Below, piece by piece: positions 8,529-17,218 of a stretch of DNA of 64,000 bases. Both the position numbers and the translations under genes were made by a program. The stretch comes from a virus, in the IMG/VR virus record IMGVR_UViG_3300045988_131721, positions 64,001 through 128,000 of that record; one strand, written 5' to 3'. The stretch's first letter is position 1; the number at the start of each line of letters is the position of its first letter. The notes beneath the pieces are model-generated. The model was not told the DNA's origin. It saw only the letters and a list, made by a program, of their open reading frames with translations, and did not search any database.

Positions 8529-9464
8529 ATGGATAATCAATGTAAATATAAAAGGATATACGAGGAAAAAGCCAATGGAGAGCTAGAATGTGTAGGATTA
8601 ATAAAAAAAGGAGAAACAATAAAGGTTGTAAAAGAAATTACACCACAACAAAAGTTATTCCTTAGTAATAAGAATGAATTAACTCAACATAATAAACAGT
8701 TAGGAGGTTTTGTTCAAGTGTGCTATGTTAAAAACCAATTATTATTTAATGATTTAAATTTGAATCAAGCAACTATAAGTAGATTTTTGTATTTAGCAAC
8801 ATATATAGATTACAACGACAGAGAAGAAAATGTATTGGTTAAATATACTAAAAATAATAAAATAGAATATATGAATAAAAGAGACGTGAAATATTTATTA
8901 AATTTAGGAGACACGGCGTTTAAGTCTTTTTATAAAGAAATAAAAGAAAAAGAATTATTATTTGAAGCTAATGGTAAGATATATTTAAACCCAGTATACG
9001 TGAATAAAGGTAAAAGTAATTTTAAAGATAAAGAATATGCAAGAATGTTTATAGATACGACAAGAGAGTTATATGAAAATTGTAAGCCAAGACAACACAA
9101 ACATTTAAGTTATGTTTATCAATTATTACCATTTTTACATTATGAAACTAATATATTATGCAAGAATCCAGAAGAAATAGATATTAATAAATTAGATAAA
9201 TTACATTTCACTGATATATGTAGAATGTTAAATTTAAGTAATGATAAAAAAACAATGGATAAATTAAAAAGAGATTTGTTTAAATTTTATATAACTAGAG
9301 ATGATGAGAAATATTATTTTTTATCATATGTCACTATAAGACAAGAAATTGGAACAAGAAGTTATTATGTTGTGAATCCTTATGTTGTATGGAAAGGTAA
9401 AAATTTACAAGTAGCTAAAGATATAATAGGTTTTTTAACATTAGAACATATGAAAGGTAGATAA
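8529..9464 (+). CDS. hypothetical protein, possible DNA-binding or replication-initiator-like
   Basis: About 311 aa. The ATG at 8529 lies 9 nt after GGAGG. No firm motif. The function is suggested only by the iteron-like repeats and AT-rich region immediately downstream. Confidence 0.5.
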   Translation: MDNQCKYKRIYEEKANGELECVGLIKKGETIKVVKEITPQQKLFLSNKNELTQHNKQLGGFVQVCYVKNQLLFNDLNLNQATISRFLYLATYIDYNDREENVLVKYTKNNKIEYMNKRDVKYLLNLGDTAFKSFYKEIKEKELLFEANGKIYLNPVYVNKGKSNFKDKEYARMFIDTTRELYENCKPRQHKHLSYVYQLLPFLHYETNILCKNPEEIDINKLDKLHFTDICRMLNLSNDKKTMDKLKRDLFKFYITRDDEKYYFLSYVTIRQEIGTRSYYVVNPYVVWKGKNLQVAKDIIGFLTLEHMKGR

Positions 9465-9466
9465 AT

Positions 9467-9521
9467 TCAAAGTTAGGTATTCTACGACTAAAATCCAAAT
9501 CAAAGTTAGGTATTCTGCGAC
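9467..9521 (+). repeat. two 22-bp direct repeats (iteron-like), start-to-start spacing 33 bp
   Basis: TCAAAGTTAGGTATTCTACGAC 9467-9488 and TCAAAGTTAGGTATTCTGCGAC 9500-9521, with one mismatch. Confidence 0.85.
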
Positions 9522-9795
9522 CATATTTATTTTCAAAATAATATATAATTAATATAATATTTGTTATAAAATAGCCTTTTAACTCTTCTATATTCTATAG
9601 CACTAGATTAGATATAAGATATAGTTGAGATACAGTATAGAAAACTAAAATTAATTAATATTTACCCCTAGAGGGGTATAGTTTGAAAAAATAATTGCTC
9701 TTTGATTATTTTAGAAAACGAAAAAGGGTGGTGGAATTTTAATAAAATTTTCATTCATTAAATATTAATATACTAATATAAGGAAAGGAATTGAT

Positions 9796-10578
9796 GTGAA
9801 AATGGTAGCAAAAATTAATAGAAAAGGAGAAAAGAATTATAACACTTTCGGAAGTGAAATGATAATTACAGAATATAGAGAACGTATGGACATTGATATA
9901 TATTTTCCAGAATATGATTGGACTTTTAAAGGAGCAACATATCAATCTTTCAAAAACGGTAGAATTGCATGTCCTTATGAAAGAAGATATTATGGAGTTG
10001 GTTGTATTGGAGATGGAGAATACAAAGTAAGTGAAAACGGTAAACTAACTAAGGTTTATAACACTTGGCATCATATGTTGAGAAGATGTTATGATGAAAA
10101 ATACCACAAAAAACATCCTACGTATATTACTTGTGAAGCATCTGAGGAATGGTATAATTTTCAAAACTTTGCAGAATGGTACGAGGAAAATTATTATGAG
10201 GTAGATGGTGAAAGAATGGAATTAGATAAAGATATAATAATTAAGCATAACAAAATATATAGTCCAGAAACTTGTATTTTTGTACCTCAAACAATAAATT
10301 TATTATTTGTTAAATGCGATAGGAGTAGAGGGGAATCAGTTATTGGAACAAGCCCATATCGAGATAAATATAGAGTAAATTGTTGTTTAATCAATCCTCG
10401 AACTGGTAAATCAAAGAGTGAATATTTAGGGTTATACGACACTCAAGAGAAAGCGTTTGAAGTGTATAAATATTACAAAGAAAAGAATATAAAAGAAGTA
10501 GCTGACTACTTCAAAAGACAAATACCAAGGGAATTGTATTATAGTATGTGTACTTATGAAGTAGAAATAGATGATTAA
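9796..10578 (+). CDS. homing-endonuclease-like / AP2-type DNA-binding protein, paralog 3 of 5
   Basis: 260 aa. GTG at 9796, with an in-frame ATG at 9802. Same conserved blocks as 908-1690. Confidence 0.65.
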   Translation: MKMVAKINRKGEKNYNTFGSEMIITEYRERMDIDIYFPEYDWTFKGATYQSFKNGRIACPYERRYYGVGCIGDGEYKVSENGKLTKVYNTWHHMLRRCYDEKYHKKHPTYITCEASEEWYNFQNFAEWYEENYYEVDGERMELDKDIIIKHNKIYSPETCIFVPQTINLLFVKCDRSRGESVIGTSPYRDKYRVNCCLINPRTGKSKSEYLGLYDTQEKAFEVYKYYKEKNIKEVADYFKRQIPRELYYSMCTYEVEIDD

Positions 10579-10604
10579 AAATAATTAATAAAAATTTTAA
10601 TTCA

Positions 10605-10636
10605 TAGGTAAATTTTACTCATTAATTGTTAATATA
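10605..10636 (+). promoter_or_regulatory. bipartite promoter-like element, copy 4 of 7
   Basis: TAGGTAAAT 10605-10613, N14, TGTTAATAT 10628-10636, then AAATATAAGGGGAG. Confidence 0.55.
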
Positions 10637-10661
10637 TTAAATATAAGGGGAGTGATGTAAA

Positions 10662-11126
10662 TTGGATGTAATACAAAGGAATAAAACAGAAACGATAGAT
10701 ACAATACATGATTTGTTAAATTGTTGGAAATTTAATATAGAAAGTGAATATTCTAATCTAATAGACTTAACTAATATAATTCTAATTGTATCAGATAGAG
10801 ATGTGGATATTATGTTAGATAAGTTATTGACTGTTATTAATACATTTGAAACATCATTATCGTATGATAAAATTAAATGTAAAGATTTTTATTTAGTTGT
10901 GTTGAAATTTTATTTTGATAATTTAGATATTAATATACATCTACAATTTAGAGTAATATCATATGAGAAATATTTAGAATTAACATATCACTTGAAATAT
11001 AGTCTTCTATTATTTGATATGAATTATAATAAATTCAAAGAAATTGATTTAGATAAGGCAAAGAAAATAATTAACAAAGAACCAGAGAATATGTTTATAG
11101 ATTATGGTATTATTAATTTATATTAA
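10662..11126 (+). CDS. hypothetical protein
   Basis: 154-aa ORF. TTG start 9 nt after AAGGGGAG. Confidence 0.55.
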   Translation: MDVIQRNKTETIDTIHDLLNCWKFNIESEYSNLIDLTNIILIVSDRDVDIMLDKLLTVINTFETSLSYDKIKCKDFYLVVLKFYFDNLDINIHLQFRVISYEKYLELTYHLKYSLLLFDMNYNKFKEIDLDKAKKIINKEPENMFIDYGIINLY

Positions 11127-11139
11127 AGGAGGAGATATT

Positions 11140-11520
11140 ATGGAGAAAACATTTCAAGAGGTAATGAATACAATTAAAGAAGGTGAAACATGGATTAATA
11201 AATATGATGATAGAAGATTGGCAAAAATAGAAAAATCTTCAAATGTTATACATTTTAAATTTAATGGTGAGTTTGAAAAAATTGGTGTCATGTTAGATGA
11301 CATATTTGTATTAGACAAGAAAAAATATACTTTTGAGGAGGCTATGAAAGCCTTAAAAGAAGGTAAAGAAATAGAAAGCTGTTATAGTGAAATAAAGTAT
11401 GTAATGTCCCCTAAAGGGAATGAAAATGTACATTATTTTGATACAGAATATAATAAATGGAATGAGTGTAGTATGTTTAGTCTTAAAGAAATATTCGGTG
11501 TTTGGTATATAAATAATTAA
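11140..11520 (+). CDS. hypothetical protein with two DUF2829-like half-domains (tentative)
   Basis: The ATG at 11140 follows AGGAGG. There is an internal duplication, TFQEVMNTIKEGETW... and TFEEAMKALKEGKEIES.... The second copy resembles the DUF2829 N-terminal signature (F.EAL.ALK.GKK) recalled from memory. Confidence 0.45.
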   Translation: MEKTFQEVMNTIKEGETWINKYDDRRLAKIEKSSNVIHFKFNGEFEKIGVMLDDIFVLDKKKYTFEEAMKALKEGKEIESCYSEIKYVMSPKGNENVHYFDTEYNKWNECSMFSLKEIFGVWYINN

Positions 11521-11525
11521 ATTCA

Positions 11526-11556
11526 TAGGTAATTTTTATAAAAGTTTTGTTAATAT
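11526..11556 (+). promoter_or_regulatory. bipartite promoter-like element, copy 5 of 7
   Basis: TAGGTAAT 11526-11533, N14, TGTTAATAT 11548-11556, then TAATATGAAGGAGG. Confidence 0.6.
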
Positions 11557-11579
11557 AGTAATATGAAGGAGGTGATAAT

Positions 11580-11669
11580 GTGAATGATAGAGTACATAAA
11601 TGGTTTTACATAGGTTTTTGTTGTTCACTACTTAGTATTTTATTCTTTGTATTAGAAATAATTTTATAA
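11580..11669 (+). CDS. possible 29-aa hydrophobic leader peptide (VNDRVHKWFYIGFCCSLLSILFFVLEIIL)
   Basis: GTG 7 nt after GGAGG of the promoter element. Below the ORF-track size cut-off. The alternative reading is an ATG-TGA start-stop at 11578-11583. Confidence 0.3.
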   Translation: MNDRVHKWFYIGFCCSLLSILFFVLEIIL

Positions 11670-11696
11670 AAATAATTAATAAAAAGGAGCGATGTT

Positions 11697-13955
11697 ATGA
11701 TAGTTAAAAAAAGAAATGGAAATATGGTGGCATTTGATAAAAACAAAATAATAGTAGCTATTCAAAAAGCAATGTTAGAAGTAAATATAAATACAGATAG
11801 AGCTTATGATATAACTGAAAAGGTGTTAGATAAAATATCAGATAAAAATGAAATATCTATAGAAGAAATCCAAGATATTATTGAAGAAACTTTAATAGAA
11901 AAAAATTATCCTACAGTAGCTAAAGCATATATACTTTATAGAGAAAAAAGAAAAAGAACTAGAGAGAACCAAGCTAGACTATATGAAGAATCTCAAAAAC
12001 AAATATCAGAAATTATGGCAATGAAAAACATAGAAAATTCAAACGCAAATGTGGATGAGGCTTCATTTAGTGGCAAAAATTCCAAGGTAACTTCTTATTT
12101 TTTAAAAGAATATGCTTTGAATAATTTAATGAGACCAGAGGTTGCAAAGGCACATAGAGATGGTTTATTATACACTCACGATTTAGATAATTATGCAAGT
12201 GGGATGCATAATTGTTTATTTATAGATTTTGAAGATTTATTTAATAATAAAGGTGGTTTTACAACTAGAAATGGTGATGTAAGAAAACCAAATGATATTA
12301 TGACATTTTTTCAATTAGTAGCAGTAACATTTCAATGTGCCTCTCAATGTCAATATGGTGGAATCGCTAGTAATAAAATAGATTATGATGCATCTCCTTA
12401 TGTAGCTATAACCTTTAGAAAAAGTTTTAGAAATGCTTTAATGGATATAGATGGAATAAGTAAAGAACACGCAGAATTAATAATGAAAAATATAGAAGAT
12501 ACCAACGGAGACATTATAAAATTAGAAAATGAAAAGCTTAAATTATTTTATCCTAAACATTACAAAGTTGCAGAAAGACATACTATAGAAAAAACCATGC
12601 AAGGAGCAGAGTCTTTATACCATAACCTTAATACTCTTGAGTCTAGAGCAGGAAGTCAAGTTCCTTTTACAAGTATAAATTTTGGGACAGACACATCACC
12701 AGAAGGAAGATTAGTATCTAAGGCGTTATTGACAGCTAGTATAAATGGTATTGGTAAATTTAATAAAACATCAATATTCCCAATAAGTATATTTAAATAT
12801 GCAAAAGGAATAAATGACAAAGAAGGAACTCCAAACTACGATTTAAAATTATTAGCTTTAGAATCTTTATCAAAAAGAATATATCCTAATTTTTGCAATG
12901 TTACAATAGAGGGTGAAGGTGATATAAATGACCCAGATACCCAATCAGCAACTATGGGATGTAGGACGAGATTAGGGTATGATGTAAATGGTATGGGTTG
13001 GCACAAATCTGGCAGAGGCAATATAACACCTGTAACATTGAATCTTGTTGATATGGGAATTAGACATGGTATCTGTTTAGGTAAAAGAGATGTTGCAGAT
13101 ATTGACGGATTTATGGATGAATTAGAAGAGAATCTAAAATTATCTGAAACAGCATTATTAGATAGATATGAATGGATTTGTTCTCAAAAATCTAAAAGTG
13201 GATTCTTTACTCATCACAACGGGTTAATGAAGAATCTCTTAGGAAGAACGCTGAAAGATGAAGAAGATGTAAAAGAATCGATGAAACATGGCACATTAGC
13301 TTTAGGATATATAGGAATTGCAGAATGTATGTATGCTATGTTTGGTGAAACTCATACATATAATAAAAATGTTTATAATTTTGCATTAAAAATAGTACAA
13401 AGAATCAATTCATTTGCAAAAGAGTGTGTAGAAAGAAATCATCTAAATTTTAGTTGTTATGCTACTCCAGCGGAGGGTAGTTGTTTTACATTAAGAAATA
13501 AATTAGTTGAAAAATATGGTATTATAAAAGGTGTTACAGATAGAGAATACATAACTAACTCACACCATATACCTGTGTATGAAAAAATATCTATTAAAAA
13601 CAAAATAGATTTAGAAGCACCTTTCAGTAAATTAGCGACTGGTGGATATATTTTATATGTTGAATTAGAATCATCTTTTATGAATAATATAACTGCTGTT
13701 GAAAAAATAATAGATTATGCAATGAGTAAAGATGTTTATTATTTTGCATTAAATTTTCCAATAGATACTTGTATGAATTGTGGATATTCTTCAGAAATAA
13801 AAGAAAACTGCCCAAAATGTGGCAGTAATAAAATTGAAAGACTTAGACGTGTCACAGGTTATTTAACTACTGATTATTCTAAATTTAACAATGGTAAAAT
13901 AGCTGAAGTAGAAGATAGAGTTAAACATTCTGTTGGTGATATTAATGAATATTAG
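11697..13955 (+). CDS. nrdD: anaerobic ribonucleoside-triphosphate reductase (class III), NrdD
   Basis: 752 aa. N-terminal ATP-cone (VKKRNGNMVAFDKNKI), C-terminal zinc ribbon CMNCGY...CPKCGS and glycyl-radical region RRVTGYL. Confidence 0.9.
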   Translation: MIVKKRNGNMVAFDKNKIIVAIQKAMLEVNINTDRAYDITEKVLDKISDKNEISIEEIQDIIEETLIEKNYPTVAKAYILYREKRKRTRENQARLYEESQKQISEIMAMKNIENSNANVDEASFSGKNSKVTSYFLKEYALNNLMRPEVAKAHRDGLLYTHDLDNYASGMHNCLFIDFEDLFNNKGGFTTRNGDVRKPNDIMTFFQLVAVTFQCASQCQYGGIASNKIDYDASPYVAITFRKSFRNALMDIDGISKEHAELIMKNIEDTNGDIIKLENEKLKLFYPKHYKVAERHTIEKTMQGAESLYHNLNTLESRAGSQVPFTSINFGTDTSPEGRLVSKALLTASINGIGKFNKTSIFPISIFKYAKGINDKEGTPNYDLKLLALESLSKRIYPNFCNVTIEGEGDINDPDTQSATMGCRTRLGYDVNGMGWHKSGRGNITPVTLNLVDMGIRHGICLGKRDVADIDGFMDELEENLKLSETALLDRYEWICSQKSKSGFFTHHNGLMKNLLGRTLKDEEDVKESMKHGTLALGYIGIAECMYAMFGETHTYNKNVYNFALKIVQRINSFAKECVERNHLNFSCYATPAEGSCFTLRNKLVEKYGIIKGVTDREYITNSHHIPVYEKISIKNKIDLEAPFSKLATGGYILYVELESSFMNNITAVEKIIDYAMSKDVYYFALNFPIDTCMNCGYSSEIKENCPKCGSNKIERLRRVTGYLTTDYSKFNNGKIAEVEDRVKHSVGDINEY

Positions 13956-14433
13956 TGGAATAGTGTATGATTCAGTTGTTGATGGAGAAGGTTTAAGAAA
14001 TACAATATTTGTATCGGGCTGTTTTCATTTTTGTAAAAACTGCCATAATCCACAAACATGGGACTTTAATTATGGTTATGAGTTTACAGAAGATTTACAA
14101 GATGAATTTATAGAAAAATGCAAAGAAAATATTTTATTAAATGGAATAACTATAAGTGGGGGAGACCCTATTTATAGTTATCGAGAATTAATTCCTTTTT
14201 TAAAGAAGTATAAAAAGAAAAATCCCACACACGATATTTGGTTATATACTGGATTCAAATATGAGGGTATAAAAAACAATGAAATATTAAAATTAATAGA
14301 TGTTTTAGTTGACGGAGAATATATAGAAGAATTAAAGGATTCAACATTGTCTTTTAGAGGTAGTAGTAATCAAAGAATTATAGACGTGCAAAAAAGTTTA
14401 AAAGAAAATAAAGTAATATTATTGAATATATAA
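13945..14433 (+). CDS. nrdG: anaerobic RNR activating protein (radical SAM), NrdG
   Basis: GEGLRNTIFVSGCFHFCKNCHNPQTW contains CxxxCxxC. The ATG at 13945 overlaps the nrdD end. The ORF track started at TTG 13933. Confidence 0.88.
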   Translation: MNISGIVYDSVVDGEGLRNTIFVSGCFHFCKNCHNPQTWDFNYGYEFTEDLQDEFIEKCKENILLNGITISGGDPIYSYRELIPFLKKYKKKNPTHDIWLYTGFKYEGIKNNEILKLIDVLVDGEYIEELKDSTLSFRGSSNQRIIDVQKSLKENKVILLNI

Positions 14434-14454
14434 ATTAAAAATAATTAATAAACA

Positions 14455-14485
14455 TAGGTAATTTTTATATCAGTTTTGTTAATAC
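14455..14485 (+). promoter_or_regulatory. bipartite promoter-like element, copy 6 of 7
   Basis: TAGGTAAT 14455-14462, N14, TGTTAATAC 14477-14485, then TACTATAAGAAAAGGAGG. Confidence 0.6.
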
Positions 14486-14578
14486 ACTACTATAAGAAAA
14501 GGAGGTGATAATATTGTAAGATGAAATCATTCTAAATAAAACATTAATAAAAATAACAAATTTTAAGGAGATGATGTT

Positions 14579-14815
14579 ATGGTAATGATTTTTATAGATT
14601 CAAAAATAGAACATCTGCAAGAAATCGTAGGGCAAAGAGTTAGTTTGGATTTTGATAGTATGACAGGTGAATTATATATTAATGCATTACAAACAGGAAA
14701 ATATATCAAATTATCATCTAATATAAATATAAATAATGAAGGTAGATATGTAATAATTTCAGATAATGATAATAATAGTTTATTTATAATGAAAGATTTA
14801 AATGAGGAGGAGTAA
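14579..14815 (+). CDS. hypothetical protein
   Basis: 78-aa ORF with SD AAGGAG upstream. Confidence 0.6.
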   Translation: MVMIFIDSKIEHLQEIVGQRVSLDFDSMTGELYINALQTGKYIKLSSNININNEGRYVIISDNDNNSLFIMKDLNEEE

Positions 14816-14822
14816 ATATAAT

Positions 14823-15545
14823 ATGAATATAAAAGTAGGAGATAAAGTTAGAATAAAAGAAGATTTGAGTGAATGTGAATTTGGATATTGTGGTTATATG
14901 GAAGAGTTTGCAGGTAAAGAGACAACTGTAATAAGTACTTTTGGTAAAGGTGTGATAAAGTTAGATATAGATGAACAAGTCTGGGATTGGTCAGAAAATG
15001 TATTAGAATTAATAGAGGAAGGAAAAACAATGAAAATGAAAAGAATAGATTATATATTAAATGCCAGAGATAACATACAAGCGATACTAGATGAAACAGT
15101 ACTAGATTGCGATATATGTCCAGCTTCTTGTGAGAACTGTAATGGTAATTGCGAGTTTCATTATAAAAAATATCTAAATGAAGAAATAGAAGTAAATGAA
15201 TCAGATTTAAAAGACGTTGGGGTTAAAGAAGAATTAGATACAAAAGAGAATATAGTTAACGACACTGTAAATCCATTTATGGAAGAATATGAAAAAATAG
15301 TAATGGATACAATGGAATTGTGTAAACGTAAAAATAAAGATTATGGTAATGCAACAGATGAATCATTTAAACAATTCGGTGATGTAAGTTATTTGGTAAG
15401 ATGTTTTGATAAATGGAGTAGAATAAATACATTATTAAAAAATAGAAAAGCCGAGGTATCTGAATCCCTAGAGGACAGTTTATTAGACCTTAGTAACTAC
15501 TTATTCCTTTGGGTTACAAGTAGAAGATTAAAAGAAAATAATTAA
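14823..15545 (+). CDS. two-domain protein: GDKVRI-type N-terminal module + DUF1599-like C-terminus
   Basis: The ATG at 14823 follows GAGGAGGAG. The N-terminus MNIKVGDKVRIKEDL...W..NVLELI is shared with 17219 and 18426. The C-terminus KNKDYGNA...FGDVSYLVRCFDKWSRI...DSLLDLSNY resembles DUF1599 (from memory). Confidence 0.55.
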   Translation: MNIKVGDKVRIKEDLSECEFGYCGYMEEFAGKETTVISTFGKGVIKLDIDEQVWDWSENVLELIEEGKTMKMKRIDYILNARDNIQAILDETVLDCDICPASCENCNGNCEFHYKKYLNEEIEVNESDLKDVGVKEELDTKENIVNDTVNPFMEEYEKIVMDTMELCKRKNKDYGNATDESFKQFGDVSYLVRCFDKWSRINTLLKNRKAEVSESLEDSLLDLSNYLFLWVTSRRLKENN

Positions 15546-15619
15546 TCAATGCAAGGTGATGTTATGAGCAAAAAATTGATAGGATAGGAGAAAAAAGATT
15601 TAATAATTTTGGGAGCGAA

Positions 15620-16342
15620 ATGATTATAGTTAGATATAAAAAAGCAAAAAATATAGATGTTTATTTTCCTCAATACGATTGGATTGCCAAAAATAAAACT
15701 TATCAGAATTTTAAAAACGGTCAAATAAGTTGTCCATATGAGAAAAGATATTTTATGATTGGCTATTTAGGTGAAGGAGATTATAAATCAAGAGAAAATG
15801 GTAAAGATACTAGGGTTTATGATACTTGGGTTAATATGATGCAGAGATGTTATGATTCTAAATATCACGAAAAATATCCTACTTATAAAGATTGTGGTGC
15901 ATCTGATGAATTTCATAATTTTCAAAATTTTGGAATGTGGGATGGTGATAATTTCTATCAAGTTGAAGATGAAGTAATGTGTCTTGATAAAGATATTTTA
16001 ATTAAACATAACAAAATCTATTCACCCGATACTTGCATTTATGTGCCTAAAACAATTAATAGTTTATTTACTAAGAGACAAAATGATAGAGGTGTCTCGG
16101 CTATTGGAACAACTCCTACTGAAAATGGGAAATACGAGGTACAATGTTGTTTAATTAATCCTGAGACTGGAAAATCAAAACAAGAACACCTAGGTACTTA
16201 TGATACCGAGTTAGAAGCCTTTGAAGTTTACAAATATTATAAAGAAAAAAATATTAAAATGGTTGCAGACTATTATTTTGGAAAAATATCTGAAAGACTT
16301 TACAATGGTATGTATAATTATATAGTAGAAATAGACGATTAA
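15620..16342 (+). CDS. homing-endonuclease-like / AP2-type DNA-binding protein, paralog 4 of 5 (N-terminus out of frame)
   Basis: The family N-terminus KIDRIGEKRFNNFGSE is encoded in-frame upstream of Met 15620 but has no start codon. An ATG at 15564 (MSKKLIG*) is one frame off, across an A6 run at 15570-15575. Confidence 0.6.
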   Translation: MIIVRYKKAKNIDVYFPQYDWIAKNKTYQNFKNGQISCPYEKRYFMIGYLGEGDYKSRENGKDTRVYDTWVNMMQRCYDSKYHEKYPTYKDCGASDEFHNFQNFGMWDGDNFYQVEDEVMCLDKDILIKHNKIYSPDTCIYVPKTINSLFTKRQNDRGVSAIGTTPTENGKYEVQCCLINPETGKSKQEHLGTYDTELEAFEVYKYYKEKNIKMVADYYFGKISERLYNGMYNYIVEIDD

Positions 16343-16375
16343 TAATTATAATGAATAAGGGAGGAGGAAATATGT

Positions 16376-16678
16376 ATGTTAAAAGAAAATAAAAATAAAC
16401 AAGTAAAAATATATGAACTTGCAGAAGATTTTTCTGTAATATTAATGAGAGAAGACGTGGATAGAGCTTATAATTGGACGCTTTATTATGACGAAGAAAA
16501 GCCCGATGAAAACAATATCATAGAAGGTATTCAATATGTTGAATGTTGTTGTGACACGAATAAAGAATTAACATTTAATACAGCGTTAGAATATTTAATG
16601 GATGTAACTAGATTTATAGACGTACATTTTGATAGGATAGTTGAAGGCGAGGAATACGACGACCCTTGGGAAGATTAA
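16376..16678 (+). CDS. hypothetical acidic protein
   Basis: 100-aa ORF with GGGAGGAGG upstream. Confidence 0.6.
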   Translation: MLKENKNKQVKIYELAEDFSVILMREDVDRAYNWTLYYDEEKPDENNIIEGIQYVECCCDTNKELTFNTALEYLMDVTRFIDVHFDRIVEGEEYDDPWED

Positions 16679-16705
16679 ATCCTATTCATTTAATTAAAAA
16701 AGGAG

Positions 16706-17203
16706 GTGATTATTATACCAAATAAAAGTAATAAAATAGGTGCTAAATTTGAAAATAGATTAACAAAACAATTTGAAAAATATAGAAAAGAAGGAAAGGC
16801 TTATATATTTAAGATTCCAACTGAATTTATAGTATTAAGAAAAGGAGCTAAAATCGTATCGGCTTTTCCTAAAAAACAATCACCTTGTCTGGATTACATA
16901 GGTATATTACCTAATGGAAAAAGCATAGTATTTGAGGCTAAAACAACAGCTAACAAAACTTCTTTTCCTCTTTCAAATATAAAAGACTATCAATATGATT
17001 TAATTGATGAGATTCAAAACTATGCAAATAATGTATTCTTTATAATAGAATTTAGAGAATTTAAAGAAGTGTATTTAGTGAGTGGGCTAGCAATCAAAAA
17101 GTTTAAAGAAAATAACAAGCGTAAGAGTATACCATATAAAGAGTTTAAAAATATAGGTATATTAATGAACGATTTAGATGTATTAAAATATATAAATTAT
17201 TAA
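16706..17203 (+). CDS. recU: RecU-like Holliday junction resolvase
   Basis: GAKFENRL...YRKEGKAYIFKIPTE...SPCLDYIGILPNGKSIVFEAKTT...FPLSNIKDYQ matches the RecU pattern (G..FE, K.PTP, DY.G, FE.K, FPL.NI..HQ). The start is uncertain because the GTG overlaps the SD. Confidence 0.7.
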   Translation: MIIIPNKSNKIGAKFENRLTKQFEKYRKEGKAYIFKIPTEFIVLRKGAKIVSAFPKKQSPCLDYIGILPNGKSIVFEAKTTANKTSFPLSNIKDYQYDLIDEIQNYANNVFFIIEFREFKEVYLVSGLAIKKFKENNKRKSIPYKEFKNIGILMNDLDVLKYINY

Positions 17204-17218
17204 TAAAGGAGAGATGTA

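Noticed and set aside
9467-9521. Possible CRISPR array or other multi-copy repeat array.
   Set aside because: There are only two repeat copies with an 11-bp gap between them, no further repeat-spacer periodicity and no cas genes. I interpret it as iteron-like instead.
9663-9678. The palindrome TACCCCTAGAGGGGTA as a rho-independent terminator.
   Set aside because: It has a 6-bp stem with a 4-nt loop and no adjacent U-tract on either strand. I kept it only as part of the origin/regulatory-region observation.
1709-13955. Group I introns or inteins in the DNA polymerase, thyX or nrdD, as might be expected next to homing endonuclease genes.
   Set aside because: All three ORFs are uninterrupted with their motifs in normal order. 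The endonuclease-like genes are free-standing and intergenic.
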